Source: Deltaproteobacteria bacterium (GTDB lineage: Bacteria; Myxococcota_A; Polyangia; Polyangiales; Houyiibacteriaceae). From it: a stretch of 64,000 bases of DNA. The notes below the pieces were generated by a model. That model searched no databases. It saw nothing but the letters and a program-made list of their open reading frames with translations, and was not told where the DNA came from. Both the position numbers and the translations under genes were made by a program. The number at the start of each line of letters is the position of its first letter. Within the stretch, counting starts at the first letter, position 1. The stretch covers positions 47,986 through 111,985 of the forward strand of contig JAXMNT010000023.1 in NCBI GenBank assembly GCA_034670305.1, written 5' to 3'. Shown piece after piece: positions 46,931-57,241 of the stretch.

Positions 46931-48205
46931 TCACCCAGACGAAGGCTGGCCCTCGAGCCACGCGAGCCGCCGCGCCAGAAGCGCCCGGATGGCGTCGGTC
47001 GGGGCCAGCTCCACCGCGACCGCCCGGTGACGCGCCGCCTGCTCCAAGCCGCCCGCCCGGTGGTGCAGGTCGGCCAACACCGCGGACCATTGGTAGGAAC
47101 CCGCGAGCCAGGTCGGCGGCTCGAACCCTTCGAGCGCAGCAAGCGCGGCGGCCGGTCCCTTCCACTGCGCCAGCGCGACTGCGTGGTTCAGCCGGTGCAC
47201 GGGCGAGACCGCGATCAGCGACGCATACCCCTCCACGACTTGGTCCCAGCGCGTCTCCTCAAAGCTCGCGGCCAGACAGTGCTCGGCGGCGATGCCCGCT
47301 TCCGCGTGGTAGCGGGAGAAGGTCTCCCCGCGCGCGGACCGTTCGAGCCAACTCAGTCCAGCGTGGATCTGCGCGGCGTCGAAGAGGCGGCGATCTTGTT
47401 CTTCCAACAGGAGCAGCCCGCCCGACGCGTCTTCACGGGCACCGGCCCGTGCGGCATGCAGATGCATCAGCGCCAGGAGCGCGCAGGTCTCGGGCGTGGG
47501 CGCCGCTTCGTTGTTGGATTCGTGCGCCGCAAGCACACCCGCCAACCGGATGGCCTCATCGCACAGCTCCCGCCGGAGTGCGGCGTCGGGGTGCGAAGAG
47601 AGATGACCCTCGGTGAACATCGTGTAGAGGACCGCGTGCACGGCCGGACGGCGCTGCTCGATCTCCGGGATCCCCTCGAGTTCGAGTGGGGCCTCGCGCA
47701 ACCGGGCCCGCGCGCGGCTGAGCCGCTTGTAGATGTTCGCTTCGGTCCGGAAGAGGCGGAGCGCAATCTCGCGGACGTCGAAGCCGCAGAGCGTCTTGAG
47801 CGCCAGCACCAGTTGCGATTCGACCGGCAGCGCTGGGTCGCAGCAGACCAGCAACATCCGGAGCAGCCCGTCACCGACTTCGCCCCGAAGATGGGTCTCT
47901 GGCGGCGAGGCGTCTTCGACTTCGTCCATCGGGTGCCGTTCGAGGATCCCCTGGCGCCGAGATGCGGTTCGCAGCTCGGAGCGCAGCTGGTTCTGCGCCA
48001 CCCGAAACAACCACGCGCCTGGATCGTCCGGCTGGCCGCGCACCGGCCAGGTCTCGAGCGCGGCTGCGAGCGCGGACTGCACCGCGTCCTCCACCTGCTC
48101 CAGGTGCTCTACGCCGACTTGGCGCGAGAGCACCGCCACGAGCCGGCCGTACTCGTGGCGGAAGAAGTGCTCTACGAGCGGAGCCGGCTGGGGCGTTTCG
48201 ATCAA
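46931..48205 (-). CDS. ECF RNA polymerase sigma factor with a C-terminal TPR-like extension
   Basis: EDAVQ, AWLFRVAQN, LRMLLVCCDPAL, LKTLCGF, EQDRRLFD; overlaps the YciI stop. Confidence 0.88.
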   Translation of the reverse strand: MIETPQPAPLVEHFFRHEYGRLVAVLSRQVGVEHLEQVEDAVQSALAAALETWPVRGQPDDPGAWLFRVAQNQLRSELRTASRRQGILERHPMDEVEDASPPETHLRGEVGDGLLRMLLVCCDPALPVESQLVLALKTLCGFDVREIALRLFRTEANIYKRLSRARARLREAPLELEGIPEIEQRRPAVHAVLYTMFTEGHLSSHPDAALRRELCDEAIRLAGVLAAHESNNEAAPTPETCALLALMHLHAARAGAREDASGGLLLLEEQDRRLFDAAQIHAGLSWLERSARGETFSRYHAEAGIAAEHCLAASFEETRWDQVVEGYASLIAVSPVHRLNHAVALAQWKGPAAALAALEGFEPPTWLAGSYQWSAVLADLHHRAGGLEQAARHRAVAVELAPTDAIRALLARRLAWLEGQPSSG

Positions 48206-48537
48206 GGACGGTGGATCTCGATGACCTCGACTCCAGAGCCCGGACTCACCAGACCCGGGCAGCCCTGCGCGATCTCGATCGCTTGTTCGAGGGTCTCGGC
48301 CGACACGATCATGTAGCCACCGACGAGCTCTTTGACCTCGACGAACGGACCGTCGGCGGGCGCTTCGCTGGCGACGAGTTTGCCTTCGCCGAGTTTGCCG
48401 CCGAGGTCGGTGAGGTTGTCTTTGAACTTCTCTTTCCACGCCCCGAACTTGGCGTACATCTCCTGCATCTGGGCAGGGGAGGGTTTGGACCGATTTTCGC
48501 TCGGCAGGCTTCGTTGCAGACACAAGTAGCTGGGCAT
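48202..48537 (-). CDS. YciI/DGPF family protein
   Basis: DGPFVEVKELVGGY motif; typical partner of this ECF class. Confidence 0.9.
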   Translation of the reverse strand: MPSYLCLQRSLPSENRSKPSPAQMQEMYAKFGAWKEKFKDNLTDLGGKLGEGKLVASEAPADGPFVEVKELVGGYMIVSAETLEQAIEIAQGCPGLVSPGSGVEVIEIHRP

Positions 48538-48664
48538 GATGGGTTTTCCTTTGGTCGTTGTGCGTCGTTGTGACCCACACCTTACGACGCGCGGGGCGGT
48601 GCACGTTGGACACCGCCCAAGAAAAGAAACAGGCAAGCCGCAAAGAAGCGAGGCGGCGACCGTT

Positions 48665-49159
48665 ATGCGACGCTCCGTGCTCATGAAACGACACCCCATC
48701 GAAGCGCGCATCGACGCGGCTGTGGCGCAAGCGCATGAGTTGGTGATCGGTCACCTCGTGCACAAGGCGTGGGATGACCACGACGACGGGCACGTCCTGC
48801 GCGCGGTTCTGGCCGCGCGGACCGGTCAGGCGCCGCTCGAGGCCAAGACGAACCTCCTCGAAGACGACCTCGGCAACGCGCTCGTCCGACGGCAGGGATG
48901 CATCGGCGCGGTGCCGGGGGACGGGTACACGACCTACCACGACCTGCTCTTCGCGGACGGCGCGCTCGTGAGCAGCTACTACGGGCACGACTACGGTCAT
49001 CCCGGCGCGTTCTACTTGCATGCGCCCACCGCCGAGGTCCTCGAGGAAGTGGCCGCGCTCGTGCGCGCCGCGGCCGTCGCTGCCGAACTCGAACTCCACG
49101 ACGAGCCGATTCAGCACGCCGTCCCGCGGTACCGAGTCGAACCACTTCGCGTCTACTGA
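48665..49159 (+). CDS. Hypothetical protein
   Basis: Protein-like composition; no motif recognised. Confidence 0.5.
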   Translation: MRRSVLMKRHPIEARIDAAVAQAHELVIGHLVHKAWDDHDDGHVLRAVLAARTGQAPLEAKTNLLEDDLGNALVRRQGCIGAVPGDGYTTYHDLLFADGALVSSYYGHDYGHPGAFYLHAPTAEVLEEVAALVRAAAVAAELELHDEPIQHAVPRYRVEPLRVY

Positions 49160-49199
49160 AGGTGCGGCGCACCCGCGTCCACCTTCTCCGAGATCCCGA

Positions 49200-49601
49200 A
49201 TGCCGCTTGCGGTACCGTCGGCTGCACTCAAGGCCGTCGGCGCGTTCCCGGACGACACCCTGGTGGAGATGCAGAAGGGGTTGTCCCGCATCACGGCGGA
49301 CCACGCCCGGTTCGCGGGGAGCACTGCGGCGATCGTGCGCAAGGCGGATGCCAAGAGCGCGCGGGCGCTGCACGCGGAGTACACCGTACAAGCCCTCTTC
49401 ACCGAACTCGGTTCGCGGCTCTATGGCGGGTCGGGCCGCTACGAGAACCGGACGCGTGCGTACCTACAACCGGAACACGCGACCGAGGCGCTCCAGAAGA
49501 TCGCGGTGCTGATCGAGAAGGGAGACACGTTGAGCGACGACGAGATCGAGGTGCTCGTGGCGCTGCTCACGCCGCCGGATCTGAAGGACGAGCGCGGGTA
49601 G
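49200..49601 (+). CDS. Hypothetical protein
   Basis: Helical protein-like composition; no motif recognised. Confidence 0.5.
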   Translation: MPLAVPSAALKAVGAFPDDTLVEMQKGLSRITADHARFAGSTAAIVRKADAKSARALHAEYTVQALFTELGSRLYGGSGRYENRTRAYLQPEHATEALQKIAVLIEKGDTLSDDEIEVLVALLTPPDLKDERG

Positions 49602-51855
49602 CCCGCCGACTTCGCGTCCACTGGGCAGCCGCCAGGGCGAGCAGCGCGAGCCAGGCCGCGAGCAGGGCCCACCGCCAGTGGCGGCTCGGCGGTTCGAACC
49701 GCATCTCCACGTGGTGGTTTCCTCGAGCCACTGGGATGGCGCGCACGAGGCCGTTCGCGCGTTCGATCGGCGTGGTCGTGCCGTCGACCTCCGCGACCCA
49801 ACCTGGGTAATACGCTTCGTTGACGACGACGTAGCCGGGCGCCTCGGCCTCCACATCGAAGGAGAGTGCGTCGCGGGTGCTCCGCCAGCCGGTCGCGTCG
49901 GTGTGCGCGAACCCGGCGGGGGGGGTCCACGTCCGGGCGTCTCCGTCTTCCAGCACCGCGATGGCGGCGGGCGCATCGACCTGCACCATAGAGAGCGCGG
50001 TGGGCCGGTCGGGGGCCCGGACCACCGCGGTTGTCCAGTAGGCGAGGGGCAGGGCGTCTGGGAACGACACGACGAGCGGCGATCGCGCGTAGCCCCCCGC
50101 GGCGACGAGGTCGGCGGAGCGGGGCGCGAAGTGGCGGTCCCAGCCGTGCAAGAAGTGCGGTCCCTGCAGCGCGATGTTCACGCCGAACTGTGGCAGCAGT
50201 TTCGGAGATTCTTGCAGCCGCGCGATGGTGCGCTCGAAGGACTTCAAGAGCAGCGGGTCTTGGTAGCCGCGGAACTCTCGGCGCCCAAGTCGGGTGCCGG
50301 AACGACACGAGATCCCGAACTCGTCGAGGTAGCGACCGTCGTGTCCCGCGTTCGGTGCGAGCGCGAGCGCGGACCGGTCGGTGCCGGGGTGCACGCCGCT
50401 GCGGGTGTGCCGCTCGGCTGGCAACGCGCCACTGACCTCGGCGAAGAGCAACGCCGCGATCGCCGCTCCGAACGCGGCCCGCTCGAAGTGCGCGCCGAAG
50501 AGCCGGATCAGCACGAAGAGTCCGACGAGCGCGAACGCGGGACCGAGCCCTTCCGCAAGAAGCACCCCACAGAGCAGCGCGCCGACCGCGACGATCCAGC
50601 GCTGCTCGAACCGGCGGACCCAGCCGAGCCAGCGGTCGAGGTTGGCGACGCCGCCCGCGAGCAGCAGCGCGGCGCAGGGCCCGAGCCACGCTTCGTAGCG
50701 GTGGGGCAACCGGAAGAGCGACACGCCCGGGATCCACTCGTGCGCCATCCCGAACACCGGGGTGTGGGCGCCGAGCGTGAGCAGGATGGCGAGCAGCCCC
50801 ACGCCGACCGCGAACCGGGAACCGAGTTCCCGTTCTCGGAGCGCGAGCGGTGTCAGGGCGAACACCATCCAGCCGACGAAGAGGTGGTTGCCCGGCTGTG
50901 GCCAAAGCAACGCGATGAGATCGTCGAACGAGAGCGCCTTGTCGGCGATGGACTCGAAGCTCCGGCCGGCCTGCACCGAATGTTCGGCCAGCTCGAGACC
51001 CGGCACGAAGACCGGTGAGACGAATCCGATCGCGAGCACCAGCGCGGCCATCGATGCGCGCACGAGGTCGAAGGTGCGCGCCCGCGCTTTCTGCGCGACC
51101 GACGGGTCGATCGGCCGGGTCCGGAGCTGCCGGAACGCACGCAGGCCAGGCCAGAGACGCGCGATGGTGTACAGCAACGTGAAGGTCGATGCGTGCCAGA
51201 GCGCCGGCGGGGAGCCGGTCCACGCGCACAGCCCGAACGCGAACGCGAGCAGCGCTCCGTCCCAGATCCGTCTGCGGCGGACGAGCCCTTCGGCGGCCCA
51301 CAACATCAGAGGCAGCCACGCGAGCGCGCTCGTGAGGTTGAGCTCCCAGTTGTGTCGCATGAACGGTGCGCACATCAGCATCGCGGCGCCCGCCACGCTG
51401 CTGCTCCACGGAAACTCGAGCCGGCGCAGCCACATCAGTCCGAAGCCGCCACACAGGACGAAGCCGAACACGACCCGGAACACCGCGAAGCCCCAGTGCG
51501 GGGAGGAGCCACCGACCGCACACAGCGACCAGTTCAACGGGTGGTAGGTGGCGGCTTGTGGGTCGGCGAAGTACGGGTAGCCGAGCCGGTCGTAGGGGTT
51601 CCAGAGCGGCAGCTCGCCTTCGTGGAGCGCGTCGCAGAGGTAGACCAGGTCCGGCCAGTACTGCTCAGGCACATCCCACTCGAAGAAGCGCGGCTCGCCG
51701 GTCACGAGGCCGAACACGATCGGCCAGAAGAGCGCCACTGCGACACCCACGATCGCACCCAGCGCGATCAGCCGGTCGCGGCGCGCCCGTTCGGCTTCCC
51801 ACCGAAGCGAAGGCGGTTTGGGCGTGGGCCGCTTCGATTCGGTTCGGGCACTCAC
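49567..51855 (-). CDS. YfhO-like membrane glycosyltransferase (GT-C)
   Basis: PLWNPY..GYPYFADPQ, many TM, NEAYYPGWVAEVDG, RANGLVRAIPV. Confidence 0.85.
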   Translation of the reverse strand: MSARTESKRPTPKPPSLRWEAERARRDRLIALGAIVGVAVALFWPIVFGLVTGEPRFFEWDVPEQYWPDLVYLCDALHEGELPLWNPYDRLGYPYFADPQAATYHPLNWSLCAVGGSSPHWGFAVFRVVFGFVLCGGFGLMWLRRLEFPWSSSVAGAAMLMCAPFMRHNWELNLTSALAWLPLMLWAAEGLVRRRRIWDGALLAFAFGLCAWTGSPPALWHASTFTLLYTIARLWPGLRAFRQLRTRPIDPSVAQKARARTFDLVRASMAALVLAIGFVSPVFVPGLELAEHSVQAGRSFESIADKALSFDDLIALLWPQPGNHLFVGWMVFALTPLALRERELGSRFAVGVGLLAILLTLGAHTPVFGMAHEWIPGVSLFRLPHRYEAWLGPCAALLLAGGVANLDRWLGWVRRFEQRWIVAVGALLCGVLLAEGLGPAFALVGLFVLIRLFGAHFERAAFGAAIAALLFAEVSGALPAERHTRSGVHPGTDRSALALAPNAGHDGRYLDEFGISCRSGTRLGRREFRGYQDPLLLKSFERTIARLQESPKLLPQFGVNIALQGPHFLHGWDRHFAPRSADLVAAGGYARSPLVVSFPDALPLAYWTTAVVRAPDRPTALSMVQVDAPAAIAVLEDGDARTWTPPAGFAHTDATGWRSTRDALSFDVEAEAPGYVVVNEAYYPGWVAEVDGTTTPIERANGLVRAIPVARGNHHVEMRFEPPSRHWRWALLAAWLALLALAAAQWTRSRRATRARPSDPAA

Positions 51856-51913
51856 GGGGTGGGCATCCGAGCTGCGCTGCGAATGGTGACGGTGCGGATG
51901 GCGGGCGTCGCAG

Positions 51914-53395
51914 TCACGGCTTCAAATACAGCTCGAGCGGCGGTGCGTCGCCGACCTGAAAGGTCTGGTGCCGGGTGAAGCCGAGCTCGGCCGCGAGGTC
52001 CCGAAGCTCCGGCGCGCGCCAGCTGCGGCTTCCGAAGAGGATCGCGTCGAAGGTCGCGTCACCGCGCGATCGCGGATGAATCGTCTCGAGCGGAGACTCC
52101 ACGTAACCGAGGTATGGGTAGCGCAGCTCGACCTGCATCGGCCACGGCGTGAGCACCCGCCGTACCTCGGGCTCGCGCGCGAGCGCTTCGAACGCATCTT
52201 GGTGCGAACCGATCGCATCCGCATAGACGAACGTCTGCTCCTCCGCGTCCGGTTCGGTTGGCGCCCACAGCCCAAGCACCCCGAGCCCGAACGAGAGCGC
52301 GACGGGCGCCACGCGCAGCAACGACCGGGGCGAGAAGGTCGTCGGCATCGATGCGAAGAGCGCACCGGCTGCCAGAACGAGCAGCCCGGGATGCGCGGGC
52401 AACGCGTAGCGCTCGAGCCAGAACATCTTGCTGAAGAAGACGAAGTTCGCGAGCACCAGCAGCACGATCGCAACCGCGGTGCTCTCCACCCGCAGCGCGC
52501 GCGCGGCTGTCGTTGGTTTGTATCCGCGCGCGACCGCGAACGCGATCACCGCGGCAACGAGCACGATCCAGCGCCCATGCCAGAGCAAGAGCGATGGCCA
52601 GACCGTCAGCAGGTTCGAGAGCTCGAGCGGCCGGTCCGCGAAGAGGTTCGCGTGGTGGGGAAACACGAAGTAGCCCGCGTGCACCTTCTGCCAGACGAAG
52701 AACCCGACCAGGGCCCACACCGGCAAGGTCGAGAGCGCGATGCGTTTCCACGCGTAGGCCTTCGCGCGGTAGCCCTCGAAGAGCAGCGCACCGGTGATCG
52801 CAGCGGCGGCGAACACGCCGGTCTCTTTGATCCACACCGCCAGACACCCGCAGACGATCGCCGCGCCGAGCTGTCTTCGCGCATAGAACGCAAACCCCGC
52901 GACCGCGAGGGTGGTCAGCGGCATCTCGGGCAAGAGCATGTTGCCCATGCTCATGAAGAGCGGCGTGGCCGCCATCAACGCGAGGGCGGCGAACCCGGTG
53001 CGGCGATCGAAGAGGGTCGCGCCGAGCAGGTAGGTGAAGAAGAGCGCGAGCACGGTGAACGGGAGGACGACCAGATGTCCGGTGGCCGGCTCGGGGCCGA
53101 ACGCGCGGAACGCGGCGCCGGCCATCGCATAGAGCAGCACCGGATGACCGCGGCTGTAGTCGTCGGGAAAGACGCCGGGCGTGACCACGAGGTCGTTCTC
53201 GGCGACCCACTTGCTGCCCGGTACGTAGACATCGGCTTCGTCCCACCAGTACGGCAGGTCGATCGGGCCCGGCCGCACGAGCGCGACCCAGGCCACCGAG
53301 AGCGCGAGCGCGGCCACGAGCGCGCGGGTGGCGCCCCGCTGGCCGTTCGCGCCGGGGCCCGCTCGGCCTGGAGCGGCTGTTGAACTCGAGCCCAT
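51914..53395 (-). CDS. ArnT/PMT-like (GT39/83) membrane glycosyltransferase
   Basis: WDEADVY after the first TM, GHPVL, IKETG, ERYALP. Confidence 0.8.
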   Translation of the reverse strand: MGSSSTAAPGRAGPGANGQRGATRALVAALALSVAWVALVRPGPIDLPYWWDEADVYVPGSKWVAENDLVVTPGVFPDDYSRGHPVLLYAMAGAAFRAFGPEPATGHLVVLPFTVLALFFTYLLGATLFDRRTGFAALALMAATPLFMSMGNMLLPEMPLTTLAVAGFAFYARRQLGAAIVCGCLAVWIKETGVFAAAAITGALLFEGYRAKAYAWKRIALSTLPVWALVGFFVWQKVHAGYFVFPHHANLFADRPLELSNLLTVWPSLLLWHGRWIVLVAAVIAFAVARGYKPTTAARALRVESTAVAIVLLVLANFVFFSKMFWLERYALPAHPGLLVLAAGALFASMPTTFSPRSLLRVAPVALSFGLGVLGLWAPTEPDAEEQTFVYADAIGSHQDAFEALAREPEVRRVLTPWPMQVELRYPYLGYVESPLETIHPRSRGDATFDAILFGSRSWRAPELRDLAAELGFTRHQTFQVGDAPPLELYLKP

Positions 53396-53409
53396 CGTTG
53401 CGATGCGGC

Positions 53410-54834
53410 TTAGAGCCGGTGGAGCTTGATCGTGTTGGTCCGACCGGAGGATGGCCACGCGGCGATGAGCGCGAACGCGTCCCCGCGTGTCGCAAGCTTC
53501 TCCCGCACGATGAGGGAGGTCGCGATGCGGAGCGTCTCGTCCAGACCTTCCGGAGGCACCTCGAGCCGCGGCATCACGCCCCACTCGAGCGCGAGCCGCT
53601 GCGCGACTTGGCTGTTCGACGTGACCGCGATGATCGGCGCCCGCGGCCGGAACTCGGCGAGCAGTCCGGCCGATCGTCCGTCGCGGGTGAAGCAGACGAT
53701 GGCTTTGAGATCCAAGTGGGTCGAGAGCACCGCGGCCGCGCGCGCGGCGGCTTCCGGGTGTTCCCAGTCTTCGTGGGCGACCACCTTCAGGTCGCGGAAC
53801 ATGCGCGAGAGCTCTTCCACCCACTCGCCTTCGACCTCCATCGCGATGGCGGCCATCATCTTCACGGACTCGACCGGGTAGCGGCCCGCCGCGGTCTCAC
53901 CGCTGAGCATCACCGCATCGGTTCCGTCCATGACGGCGTTCGCGACATCGGCCGCTTCGGCGCGGGTCGGGCGCGGGTTGCGGATCATCGAGTCCAGCAT
54001 CTGCGTGGCGGTGATGACGATCTTTCCGCGCAGGTTCGTCTCCCGGATGATGCGCTTCTGGATGAGCGGCACCTTCTCCGCGCCCATCTCTACCCCGAGG
54101 TCACCCCGCGCGACCATGGCGCCGTCCGCCTGATCCAGGATCTCGTCGAGCCGTTCGATCGCCTCCGGCTTCTCGATTTTGGCGATGACGGGGGTGCGTT
54201 CCCCGTCCTTGTTGATCGCGAGGGCCTGCGTCTCGGCGATCTCGGCGGCGGACCGGACGAAGCTCAACGCCAAGAAGTCGACCGCGAGCACGTCCACCGC
54301 GAAGCGGAGATCTTTCCGATCCTTCTCGGTCAGCGCGGGCGTGCTCAGGTTCACCCCCGGGAGGTTGAGTCCCTTGCGGTCGGAGAGCGGTCCACCGACC
54401 TCGACTTCGGTGACGACTTCGTGTTCACGGATCTCGGTCACCCGAAGCCGAAGAAGGCCGTCGTCGAGCAACACCGCGTCTCCGACGTTCACGTCCTGCG
54501 GAAGCGCCGGGTAACTGACGCTGACCTGGTCCTGGTTGCCCGGTTCACCCGCGGTCGTGAGGGTGAACGTCGCGCCGTTCTGGAGCTCGATCGGCCCACC
54601 GGGGAACTTGCCGACCCGCATCTTCGGACCGCAGAGATCCGCGAGGATCGCGAGCGGCCGCCGCGCCCGGCCGGAAGCCTCGCGCACCTTTTTCGCCATC
54701 TCTGCGTGCGACTCGTGGGTGCCGTGAGAGAAGTTGAGCCGGGCGCAGTCCATGCCCGCCGCGACCAACTGGTCGAGGATGGCAGGGTCGGAACACGCGG
54801 GCCCGAGGGTGCAGACGATCTTCGTACGACGCAT
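53410..54834 (-). CDS. pyk: Pyruvate kinase
   Basis: RRTKIVCTLGP, ARLNFSHG, IAKIEK, MVARGDLG, ATQMLDSM, MLSGETA. Confidence 0.97.
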   Translation of the reverse strand: MRRTKIVCTLGPACSDPAILDQLVAAGMDCARLNFSHGTHESHAEMAKKVREASGRARRPLAILADLCGPKMRVGKFPGGPIELQNGATFTLTTAGEPGNQDQVSVSYPALPQDVNVGDAVLLDDGLLRLRVTEIREHEVVTEVEVGGPLSDRKGLNLPGVNLSTPALTEKDRKDLRFAVDVLAVDFLALSFVRSAAEIAETQALAINKDGERTPVIAKIEKPEAIERLDEILDQADGAMVARGDLGVEMGAEKVPLIQKRIIRETNLRGKIVITATQMLDSMIRNPRPTRAEAADVANAVMDGTDAVMLSGETAAGRYPVESVKMMAAIAMEVEGEWVEELSRMFRDLKVVAHEDWEHPEAAARAAAVLSTHLDLKAIVCFTRDGRSAGLLAEFRPRAPIIAVTSNSQVAQRLALEWGVMPRLEVPPEGLDETLRIATSLIVREKLATRGDAFALIAAWPSSGRTNTIKLHRL

Positions 54835-55040
54835 GGCGGGGTCCTAACACGCCCGGCCCCCCGTTGGACACGGTGGTACGGCGTTCCTGGCCGCAGGCCC
54901 GAGGCCCCAGGCGTGGCGGAAATTAAAGGAGCCCGCGGCGGCGGGATCGGGTAGTAGCATCAGGCTGCGAGCACGGTTCCAGGCCGACCGGAACAGAAAC
55001 GGATTTTGGGGGTCCGTGTGCGCAGCAGCCTGGCACCACT

Positions 55041-56399
55041 GTGATCGAAGACGGCATCCCCACCCAAATCGGGCGCTACACCATCGACCGCCTCCTCGGC
55101 GCGGGCGCGATGGGATACGTCTTTCTGGGCCGGGATCCGGAGCTCGACCGCTCGGTCGCCATCAAGACGGTCCGCGACCTCAAGATGGCCGAGGACGCGC
55201 TCAGCACCTTCCTCGAGCGTTTTCGGAACGAGGCCCGGGCGGCCGCACGGCTGCATCATCCCAACATCGTTCAGGTTTACGACGTGGGCGAAGAGCCCGA
55301 GGTCGGCCCCTACCTGGTCTTCGAGTACGTCGCGGGCTCCACCCTCAAGCAGATCCTCAAGAGCAAGGGGCCGCTCGAGCCCGCGCGGGTGATCCGGCTC
55401 GCGACCGAGATCGCCGATGCGCTCTCGCTCGCTCACGAGAACGAGATCATCCACCGGGACATCAAACCGGACAACCTGCTGGTCACCCCGGACGGCCAGA
55501 CGAAGCTCGCGGACTTCGGCATCGCGCGCATCCCGAACGCGTCGCTCACCCGCGAAGGTCAGTTCCTCGGCACGCCCTGCTACGCCGCGCCGGAGACGCT
55601 GAGCAAGGGCCGCTACGGACCGCACAGCGATCTTTTCTCCTTCGCCGCGATGCTCTACGAGTCGATCTCGGGGGCGCGGGCGTTCCCGGGCCAGGACGCG
55701 GTCGGGGTCGCACACAAAGTCATTCACGACGACCCGGTTCCGCTGCGCCAGGCGGCAGACGAAGGCACCAAGATCCCGAAGTCGGTCGAGGCGGTGGTCA
55801 TGCGCTGCCTCGACAAGGATCCGGCCAAACGGTACCCGGACGCCGCGACCTTCGCCGAAGCACTCACGGATGCGTACGTCGAAGCGGGCCTCGTGCAGCC
55901 CGAAGAGATGTCCCGCCCGCCGAGCCGCCGCATCTCGCTCGGGCCGCGCACCGAGCAGCGCTCGTCGTGGCCGATGTGGGCGGTCGCGATCGGTGTGATG
56001 GCGGTCGGTGTGGCGCTCGTGTTCGCGTTCGACGACGGCGGCGGCCCCATCGAAGCGGCCCCGGACGGCGCGCTCGAGGATGCTGGATCGGAAGAGGTGG
56101 CGGACAGTGGGACCGGCATCGTGCTGGAGGACGCAGGCCTCCAGGACGTGGGCATCGACGCGGGACCGCCCGAAGCGGTCGACGCCGGTCCGCCGGACAC
56201 GGGCGCGAGCGAACTGACCCCGCACGAACGGGAAGAAGCGGCGAAAGACGCGCTCGACCGCGCCCGCGCCGCCATCTCGGATCGGGACGCCGACGCGGCC
56301 CGCGAAGCACTCGCCGAAGCGCGCCGGTACGATCCGGGCAACCCCGACATTCGAGAGCTGACGGCCCGCATCGACGCGCTCGAACCCGAAGGTTCGTGA
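55041..56399 (+). CDS. Membrane-anchored Ser/Thr protein kinase (Pkn type)
   Basis: LGAGAMG, VAIK, HRDIKPDN, DFG, APE; single TM; TPR-like tail. Confidence 0.95.
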   Translation: MIEDGIPTQIGRYTIDRLLGAGAMGYVFLGRDPELDRSVAIKTVRDLKMAEDALSTFLERFRNEARAAARLHHPNIVQVYDVGEEPEVGPYLVFEYVAGSTLKQILKSKGPLEPARVIRLATEIADALSLAHENEIIHRDIKPDNLLVTPDGQTKLADFGIARIPNASLTREGQFLGTPCYAAPETLSKGRYGPHSDLFSFAAMLYESISGARAFPGQDAVGVAHKVIHDDPVPLRQAADEGTKIPKSVEAVVMRCLDKDPAKRYPDAATFAEALTDAYVEAGLVQPEEMSRPPSRRISLGPRTEQRSSWPMWAVAIGVMAVGVALVFAFDDGGGPIEAAPDGALEDAGSEEVADSGTGIVLEDAGLQDVGIDAGPPEAVDAGPPDTGASELTPHEREEAAKDALDRARAAISDRDADAAREALAEARRYDPGNPDIRELTARIDALEPEGS

Positions 56400-57193
56400 G
56401 CGCAGAGCCCCAGGATCCGGATGCCCAGGATCCGGCGGCCCAGGATCCGGATGTCCAGGATCCGGATGTCCAGGATCCGGATGTCCAGGACGCTGCGCTG
56501 TTCCGCGGCGCCCCGATCGTGGGTTTCATCCGCCGGGACGAGACCCGGAAGATCCTCCGCATCCTGCTCCCGATGATGCTCCCGACCGCGCTCGGCGCGC
56601 TCACCATCGGCTACGCGTATGCGCAGCTGGACGCGATCGATCCGATGGGCATTCAACCTCGGACCGCCCGGACCGCTCAGCACCGGGGCCATGCGCCGCC
56701 CGGGGTGGATGCGCCGCACGGGGTGGATGCGCCGCGTGTGGATGCGCCGCACGGGGTGGATGTCGAACCCGAGCGGGACGGCATCGGCTACGTCGCGATC
56801 GCACCGGTAGCGCGCCACCGACCCGGCACGGTGCGTCGGCACGACGCGAGTCTGTGGTGGCTCTTCGGGCTCGGTCTCCTCCTCGTCGTCAGCGGCCCGG
56901 GGGTGGCGATCTGGGGGCTTCGGCGAAGCTGGAAGGACGATGCGTTTCTTCTGCTCCGGGTGGACGCACTCATCCATCGTGAGAACGGAGAGACGCTCCA
57001 GGTCCCGTGGGACGACGTCGAACGCGTGGAGTGGAGCGACGCGCCCCCGGGGGTGCGGCTGAAGATGCGGTCGGGGGCGCCGATCCTGATCCCCGAGGCC
57101 TTCGCAGGCGTGTCCGGGCCGGCGCTGGCCCAACAGCTCGAAGACATCCGTCGCAAGGCGAGCTTCGGGCTGCTTCCGCAACAGCGTCGCTGA
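56396..57193 (+). CDS. Hypothetical membrane protein with QDPDx and HGVDAP repeats and a PH-like C-terminus
   Basis: GTGA overlap with the kinase stop; two TM segments; VPWDDVERVEW. Confidence 0.55.
   Translation: MSAEPQDPDAQDPAAQDPDVQDPDVQDPDVQDAALFRGAPIVGFIRRDETRKILRILLPMMLPTALGALTIGYAYAQLDAIDPMGIQPRTARTAQHRGHAPPGVDAPHGVDAPRVDAPHGVDVEPERDGIGYVAIAPVARHRPGTVRRHDASLWWLFGLGLLLVVSGPGVAIWGLRRSWKDDAFLLLRVDALIHRENGETLQVPWDDVERVEWSDAPPGVRLKMRSGAPILIPEAFAGVSGPALAQQLEDIRRKASFGLLPQQRR
56410..56490 (+). repeat. Coding 15-bp tandem repeat (CAGGATCCGGATGTC; QDPDV x5)
   Basis: Read directly from the sequence. Confidence 0.85.
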
Positions 57194-57241
57194 ACGGCAT
57201 CCGCGTGTCCGTGGCCTCGGGCGCCGTGGTATCTACGAGTC

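Noticed and set aside
48665-49601. Two hypothetical ORFs as a frameshifted gene or toxin-antitoxin pair
   Set aside because: Each has its own plausible start and no recognisable motifs; no supporting evidence
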